This document shows, one piece after another, positions 59,401 to 64,000 of a stretch of 64,000 bases of DNA. This DNA comes from a virus. Within the stretch, counting starts at the first letter, position 1; every line of letters starts with the position of its first letter. The notes beneath the pieces were generated by a model, which searched no databases, was not told where the DNA came from, and saw only the letters and a list, made by a program, of their open reading frames with translations. The DNA lies in the IMG/VR virus record IMGVR_UViG_3300027736_000029, positions 40,267-104,266 of that record; one strand, 5' to 3'. Position numbers and translations under genes: made by a program.

Positions 59401-62400
59401 GATGCTCCTGATGCTCCCGCAGAACCTGAAGAACCGCTTGAACCTGATGTTCCACTAGTTCCTGATGTTCCTGAAGTCTGACTCAATCCTGAAGAACCTG
59501 CAGAGCCGCTTGAACCTGATGTTCCGCTAGTTCCTGATGTTCCACTAGTTCCTGAAGAACCTGATGTTCCTGAAGAACCCGAAGAGCCACTTGAACCTGA
59601 TGTTCCACTAGTACCTGATGTTTGAGATGCTCCTGATGTTCCAGCTGAACCTGAAGAACCGCTTGAACCTGATGTTCCTGATGTTCCACTAGTTCCTGAA
59701 GTTTGAGAAAGTCCTGAAGAACCTGCAGAACCACTTGAACCTGATGTTCCGCTAGTTCCTGATGTTCCACTAGTTCCTGAAGAACCTGATGTTCCACTTG
59801 AACCTGAAGAACCACTTGAACCAGATGTTCCTGATGTACCTGAAGTCTTAGATGCTCCTGAAGTACCTGCTGAACCGTCAGAACCACTTGAACCTGATGT
59901 TCCTGATGTTCCACTAGTTCCTGAAGTCTTAGATGCTCCTGAAGTACCCGCTGAACCGTCAGAACCACTTGAACCTGATGTTCCACTAGTTCCTGATGTT
60001 CCTGAAGTACGTGAAAGTCCTGAAGAACCTGCCGAACCTGAAGAACCGCTTGAACCTGATGTTCCGCTAGTTCCTGATGTTCCTGAAGTCTGAGAAAGTC
60101 CTGAAGAACCCGCTGAACCTGAAGAACCGCTTGAACCTGATGTTCCTGAAGTACCGCTAGTTCCTGAAGTCTGACTCAATCCTGAAGAACCTGCTGAACC
60201 ACTTGAACCACTTGAACCTGATGTTCCTGATGTACCTGATGTTCCTGAAGTTTGTGAAAGTCCTGAAGAACCTGCAGAACCTGAAGAACCACTTGAACCT
60301 GATGTTCCTGAAGTACCGCTAGTTCCTGAAGTTTGAGAAAGTCCTGAAGAACCTGCAGAACCACTTGAACCTGATGTTCCACTAGTTCCTGATGTTCCAC
60401 TTGAACCTGCTGAACCTGAAGAACCACTTGAACCTGATGTTCCACTAGTTCCTGAAGTCTGAGATGCTCCTGATGTTCCTGCTGAACCTGAAGAACCGCT
60501 TGAGCCTGATGTTCCTGAAGTACCGCTAGTTCCTGAAGTTTGAGAAAGTCCTGAAGAACCTGCAGAACCACTTGAACCTGATGTTCCACTAGTTCCTGAT
60601 GTTCCACTTGAACCTGCTGAACCTGAAGAACCACTTGAACCTGATGTTCCACTAGTTCCTGAAGTCTGAGATGCTCCTGATGTTCCTGCTGAACCTGAAG
60701 AACCGCTTGAACCTGATGTTCCTGAAGTACCGCTAGTTCCTGAAGTTTGAGAAAGTCCTGAAGAACCTGCTGAACCTGAAGAACCACTTGAACCTGATGT
60801 TCCTGAAGTACCCGATGTTCCTGAAGAACCAGATGTTCCTGAAGAACCTGATGTTCCCGAAGAACCACTTGAACCACTTGAACCTGAAGTTCCTGATGTT
60901 CCTGAAGTTTTAGATGCTCCTGAAGTACCCGCTGAACCGTCAGAACCACTTGAACCTGATGTTCCGCTAGTTCCTGATGTTCCTGAAGTACGTGAAAGTC
61001 CTGAAGAACCTGCTGAACCTGAAGAACCACTTGAACCTGATGTTCCACTAGTTCCTGATGTTCCTGAAGTCTGACTCAATCCTGAAGAACCTGCAGAACC
61101 ACTTGAACCTGATGTTCCTGATGTTCCGCTAGTACCACTTGTTCCTGAAGAACCTGATGTTCCGCTAGTTCCTGAAGAACCTGATGTTCCTGAAGAACCT
61201 GAAGAACCACTTGAACCTGATGTTCCACTAGTTCCTGATGTTTGAGATGCTCCTGATGTTCCCGCAGAACCTGAAGAACCACTTGAACCCGATGTTCCGC
61301 TAGTACCACTTGTTCCTGAAGTTTGAGAAAGTCCTGAAGAACCTGCTGAACCACTTGAACCTGATGTTCCTGATGTTCCACTAGTTCCTGAAGAACCTGC
61401 CGAACCTGAAGAACCACTTGAACCTGATGTTCCGCTAGTTCCTGATGTTTGAGATGCTCCTGATGTTCCCGCAGAACCTGAAGAACCACTTGAACCTGAT
61501 GTTCCGCTAGTTCCTGATGTTCCTGAAGTCTGACTCAATCCTGAAGAACCTGCAGAACCACTTGAACCTGAAGTTCCACTAGTTCCTGATGTTCCACTTG
61601 AACCTGCTGAACCTGAAGAACCTGCTGAACCTGATGTTCCTGAAGTACCTGAAGTTTGAGATGCTCCTGATGTTCCTGCTGAACCTGAAGAACCACTTGA
61701 ACCTGATGTACCTGAAGTACCCGATGTTCCTGAAGTTTGAGAAAGTCCTGAAGAACCTGCTGAACCTGAAGAACCTGATGTTCCTGAAGTTCCACTAGTT
61801 CCTGAAGAACCAGATGTTCCTGATGTTCCACTTGTTCCTGAAGAACCTGATGTTCCTGAAGAACCTGAAGAACCGCTCGAACCTGATGTTCCTGAAGTAC
61901 CACTTGTTCCTGAAGTCTGACTCAACCCTGAAGAACCTGCTGAACCACTTGAACCTGATGTTCCACTAGTACCACTTGTTCCTGAAGAACCTGATGTTCC
62001 TGATGTTCCACTAGTTCCTGAAGAACCTGATGTTCCACTTGAACCTGAAGAACCACTTGAACCTGATGTTCCGCTAGTTCCTGATGTACCACTTGTTCCT
62101 GAAGAACCTGATGTTCCACTTGAACCTGAAGAACCACTTGAGCCAGATGTTCCACTTGTTCCTGATGTACCACTTGTTCCTGAAGAACCTGATGTTCCAC
62201 TTGACCCTGAAGAACCACTTGAACCAGATGTTCCACTTGTTCCTGATGTTCCTGAAGTCTTAGACGCTCCTGAAGTACCCGCAGAACCGTCAGAACCACT
62301 AGAACCTGAGGTTCCGCTAGTTCCTGATGTTCCTGAAGTTTTAGATGCTCCTGAAGTACCCGCTGAACCGTCAGAACCACTTGAACCTGATGTTCCGCTA

Positions 62401-63998
62401 GTTCCTGATGTTCCTGAAGTACGTGAAAGTCCTGAAGAACCTGCTGAACCTGAAGAACCACTTGAACCTGATGTTCCACTAGTTCCTGATGTTCCTGAAG
62501 TCTGACTCAATCCTGAAGAACCTGCAGAACCACTTGAACCTGATGTTCCTGATGTTCCGCTAGTACCACTTGTTCCTGAAGAACCTGATGTTCCGCTAGT
62601 TCCTGAAGAACCTGATGTTCCTGAAGAACCTGAAGAACCACTTGAACCTGATGTTCCACTAGTTCCTGATGTTTGAGATGCTCCTGATGTTCCCGCAGAA
62701 CCTGAAGAACCACTTGAACCCGATGTTCCGCTAGTACCACTTGTTCCTGAAGTTTGAGAAAGTCCTGAAGAACCTGCTGAACCACTTGAACCTGATGTTC
62801 CTGATGTTCCACTAGTTCCTGAAGAACCTGCCGAACCTGAAGAACCACTTGAACCTGATGTTCCGCTAGTTCCTGATGTTTGAGATGCTCCTGATGTTCC
62901 CGCAGAACCTGAAGAACCACTTGAACCTGATGTTCCGCTAGTTCCTGATGTTCCTGAAGTCTGACTCAATCCTGAAGAACCTGCAGAACCACTTGAACCT
63001 GAAGTTCCACTAGTTCCTGATGTTCCACTTGAACCTGCTGAACCTGAAGAACCTGCTGAACCTGATGTTCCTGAAGTACCTGAAGTTTGAGATGCTCCTG
63101 ATGTTCCTGCTGAACCTGAAGAACCACTTGAACCTGATGTACCTGAAGTACCCGATGTTCCTGAAGTTTGAGAAAGTCCTGAAGAACCTGCTGAACCTGA
63201 AGAACCTGATGTTCCTGAAGTTCCACTAGTTCCTGAAGAACCAGATGTTCCTGATGTTCCACTTGTTCCTGAAGAACCTGATGTTCCTGAAGAACCTGAA
63301 GAACCGCTCGAACCTGATGTTCCTGAAGTACCACTTGTTCCTGAAGTCTGACTCAACCCTGAAGAACCTGCTGAACCACTTGAACCTGATGTTCCACTAG
63401 TACCACTTGTTCCTGAAGAACCTGATGTTCCTGATGTTCCACTAGTTCCTGAAGAACCTGATGTTCCACTTGAACCTGAAGAACCACTTGAACCTGATGT
63501 TCCGCTAGTTCCTGATGTACCACTTGTTCCTGAAGAACCTGATGTTCCACTTGAACCTGAAGAACCACTTGAGCCAGATGTTCCACTTGTTCCTGATGTA
63601 CCACTTGTTCCTGAAGAACCTGATGTTCCACTTGACCCTGAAGAACCACTTGAACCAGATGTTCCACTTGTTCCTGATGTTCCTGAAGTCTTAGACGCTC
63701 CTGAAGTACCCGCAGAACCGTCAGAACCACTTGAACCAGATGTTCCACTTGTTCCTGATGTTCCTGAAGTCTTAGACGCTCCTGAAGTACCCGCAGAACC
63801 GTCAGAACCACTAGAACCTGATGTTCCGCTAGTTCCTGATGTTCCTGAAGTACGCGAAAGTCCTGAAGAACCTGCAGAACCTGAAGAACCACTTGAACCT
63901 GATGTTCCGCTAGTACCTGATGTTCCTGAAGTTTGAGAAAGTCCTGAAGAACCTGCTGAACCTGAAGAACCTGATGTTCCGCTAGTTCCTGATGTTCC
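56409..63998 (-). CDS. giant Gly-X-Y (Ser/Thr-rich) repeat fibre with C-terminal Peptidase S74 chaperone; 5' end outside window
   Basis: Frame stays open past the TTG at 63356 to the window edge (>=2529 codons); C-terminal RLGV....P..PLHV, then YSDARIK, GVIAQDV..VLPEVV, V.YGNM.GLLIEAIKEL. Confidence 0.92.
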   Translation of the reverse strand, partial: GTSGTSGTSGSSGSAGSSGLSQTSGTSGTSGTSGSSGSSGSAGSSGLSRTSGTSGTSGTSGSSGSDGSAGTSGASKTSGTSGTSGTSGSSGSDGSAGTSGASKTSGTSGTSGTSGSSGSSGSSGTSGSSGTSGTSGTSGTSGSSGSSGSSGTSGSSGTSGTSGTSGTSGSSGSSGSSGTSGSSGTSGTSGTSGSSGTSGTSGTSGSSGSAGSSGLSQTSGTSGTSGTSGSSGSSGSSGTSGSSGTSGTSGTSGSSGTSGTSGTSGSSGSAGSSGLSQTSGTSGTSGTSGSSGSSGSAGTSGASQTSGTSGTSGSAGSSGSAGSSGTSGTSGTSGSSGSAGSSGLSQTSGTSGTSGTSGSSGSSGSAGTSGASQTSGTSGTSGSSGSSGSAGSSGTSGTSGTSGSSGSAGSSGLSQTSGTSGTSGTSGSSGSSGSAGTSGASQTSGTSGTSGSSGSSGSSGTSGSSGTSGTSGSSGTSGTSGTSGTSGSSGSAGSSGLSQTSGTSGTSGTSGSSGSSGSAGSSGLSRTSGTSGTSGTSGSSGSDGSAGTSGASKTSGTSGTSGTSGSSGSDGSAGTSGASKTSGTSGTSGTSGSSGSSGSSGTSGSSGTSGTSGTSGTSGSSGSSGSSGTSGSSGTSGTSGTSGTSGSSGSSGSSGTSGSSGTSGTSGTSGSSGTSGTSGTSGSSGSAGSSGLSQTSGTSGTSGTSGSSGSSGSSGTSGSSGTSGTSGTSGSSGTSGTSGTSGSSGSAGSSGLSQTSGTSGTSGTSGSSGSSGSAGTSGASQTSGTSGTSGSAGSSGSAGSSGTSGTSGTSGSSGSAGSSGLSQTSGTSGTSGTSGSSGSSGSAGTSGASQTSGTSGTSGSSGSSGSAGSSGTSGTSGTSGSSGSAGSSGLSQTSGTSGTSGTSGSSGSSGSAGTSGASQTSGTSGTSGSSGSSGSSGTSGSSGTSGTSGSSGTSGTSGTSGTSGSSGSAGSSGLSQTSGTSGTSGTSGSSGSSGSAGSSGLSRTSGTSGTSGTSGSSGSDGSAGTSGASKTSGTSGTSGSSGSSGSSGTSGSSGTSGSSGTSGTSGTSGSSGSSGSAGSSGLSQTSGTSGTSGTSGSSGSSGSAGTSGASQTSGTSGTSGSSGSSGSAGSSGTSGTSGTSGSSGSAGSSGLSQTSGTSGTSGTSGSSGSSGSAGTSGASQTSGTSGTSGSSGSSGSAGSSGTSGTSGTSGSSGSAGSSGLSQTSGTSGTSGTSGSSGSSGSAGSSGLSQTSGTSGTSGTSGSSGSSGSAGSSGLSQTSGTSGTSGTSGSSGSSGSAGSSGLSQTSGTSGTSGTSGSSGSSGSAGSSGLSRTSGTSGTSGTSGSSGSDGSAGTSGASKTSGTSGTSGTSGSSGSDGSAGTSGASKTSGTSGTSGSSGSSGSSGTSGSSGTSGTSGTSGTSGSSGSAGSSGLSQTSGTSGTSGTSGSSGSSGSAGTSGASQTSGTSGTSGSSGSSGSSGTSGSSGTSGTSGTSGTSGSSGSAGSSGLSQTSGTSGTSGTSGSSGSSGSAGASGASQTSGTSGTSGTSGASGVAGTSGASQTSGTSGTSGSSGSSGSAGSSGTSGTSGTSGSSGSSGSAGAAGVSQTSGTSGTSGTSGSSGAAGTAGASGASQTSGTSGTSGSSGSSGSAGSSGLSQTSGTSGTSGTSGSSGSSGSAGSSGLSRTSGTSGTSGTSGSSGSDGSSGISRASGSSGTSGTSGTSGSSGAAGASGASQTSGTSGTSGTAGASGNAGTSGASQTSGTSGTSGSSGSSGSSGASGASGSSGTSGTSGSSGAAGASGASQTSGTSGTSGTAGASGNAGTSGASQTSGTSGTSGSSGSSGSSGASGASGSSGTSGTSGSSGAAGASGASQTSGTSGTSGTAGASGNAGTSGASQTSGTSGTSGSSGSSGSSGASGASGSSGTSGTSGSSGAAGASGASQTSGTSGTSGTAGASGNAGSSGASQTSGTSGTSGSSGSSGSSGASGASGSSGTSGTSGSSGAAGASGASQTSGTSGTSGTAGAAGASGASQTSGTSGTSGTAGAAGASGASQTSGTSGTSGTSGASGAVGTSGASQTSGTSGTSGTSGSSGAAGAAGASGASQTSGTSGTSGTNGSSGAAGAAGASGASQTSGTSGTSGTNGSSGAAGAAGASGASQTSGTSGTSGTSGASGAAGTSGASGSSGSSGTSGTSGTSGAAGNSGNSGASGSSGSSGTSGTSGTSGSAGASGNAGASGVSQTSGTSGTSGTSGSSGAAGTAGASGVSQTSGTSGTSGTAGAVGNAGASGASQTSGTSGTSGTSGSAGAAGNAGASGASQTSGTSGTSGTSGSSGAAGTSGASRTSGTSGTSGTAGSSGLSPASGTSGISGGVFTNQPNYLVYTVNGSTIQSTSFLYADITNSRLGVATTSPSYPLHVNANVSGISIYASADIVAYSDARIKGDVKVIDEALSKIQQINGVTYVRTDIDNDNDRRYAGVIAQDVNEVLPEVVNTDKETGIMSVAYGNMSGLLIEAIKELSNKMDNLQQQINELKK

Positions 63999-64000
63999 AC
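56905..64000 (-). repeat. coding 9-nt/triplet repeat array (SGT/SGS/AGA) with higher-order 81, 207 and 1431 bp units
   Basis: Gly at every third residue, periodically replaced by Q/R/K; near-identical blocks ~60888-62300 and ~62319-63731. Confidence 0.95.

Noticed and set aside
56409-63998. Ice-nucleation protein
   Set aside because: Lacks the 16-residue AGYGSTxTA repeat; periodicity is 3 and it ends in a phage S74 chaperone.
56801-64000. Long alternative-frame ORFs (QEHQVQVVL.., MFLMYLKF.., PDVPEV..) over the repeat
   Set aside because: Shadows of the biased TCA-GGA-ACA codon repeat; they have no unique domains, while the GST frame leads into the S74 domain.
56905-64000. CRISPR array or non-coding satellite
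   Set aside because: No constant repeat with unique spacers; variation is mostly at synonymous positions of one open frame.
1-64000. Stop-codon reassignment as in some large phages
   Set aside because: Genes are full length and tightly packed under code 11; no systematic TAG or TGA fragmentation.
1-64000. Eukaryotic giant virus origin suggested by collagen-like fibre, LRR and glycosylation genes
   Set aside because: Bacterial sigma-70, Bacteroidota promoters, intrinsic terminators, an amidase and coupled operons indicate a bacteriophage.

Overview
This 64 kb window looks like part of an AT-rich jumbo/large tailed phage genome (standard code 11), most likely infecting a Bacteroidota host. 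The host call rests on a Bacteroidota-type short sigma-70, TAnnTTTG -7 promoters, no Shine-Dalgarno sites, SprB repeats, and Hc1 and DUF6576 modules. Positions 1-28 kb are mostly on the minus strand. They carry thioredoxin, glutaredoxin, a Dam-like MTase, DnaJ, putative head-internal proteins, a lysis-like cassette, sigma-70, an inserted restriction-modification cassette, SbcC/SbcD, an exonuclease, primase and RuvC. Positions 28.3-36.6 kb (minus) encode putative virion proteins with Cys-rich domains and Thr-Pro (mucin-like) linkers. Positions 37.0-55.4 kb (plus) are an 18.4 kb glycan island. It holds a WbpD/WbpB/WbpE-like sugar pathway, GT2/GT4/GT9/GT25-like transferases, two Aah/TibC-type protein O-glycosyltransferases plus a truncated third paralog, a carbamoyltransferase, three methyltransferase domains, four paralogous unknown GT-like proteins and DUF6165. 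Positions 55.4-64 kb (minus) include a >2500 aa proline-free Gly-X-Y (Ser/Thr) repeat fibre ending in a Peptidase S74 chaperone, which runs off the window. The best candidate for a new system is phage-encoded O-glycosylation of virion fibres, with the enzyme island sitting between two classes of Ser/Thr-rich candidate substrates. All family calls come from motif recognition by eye; no searches were run.
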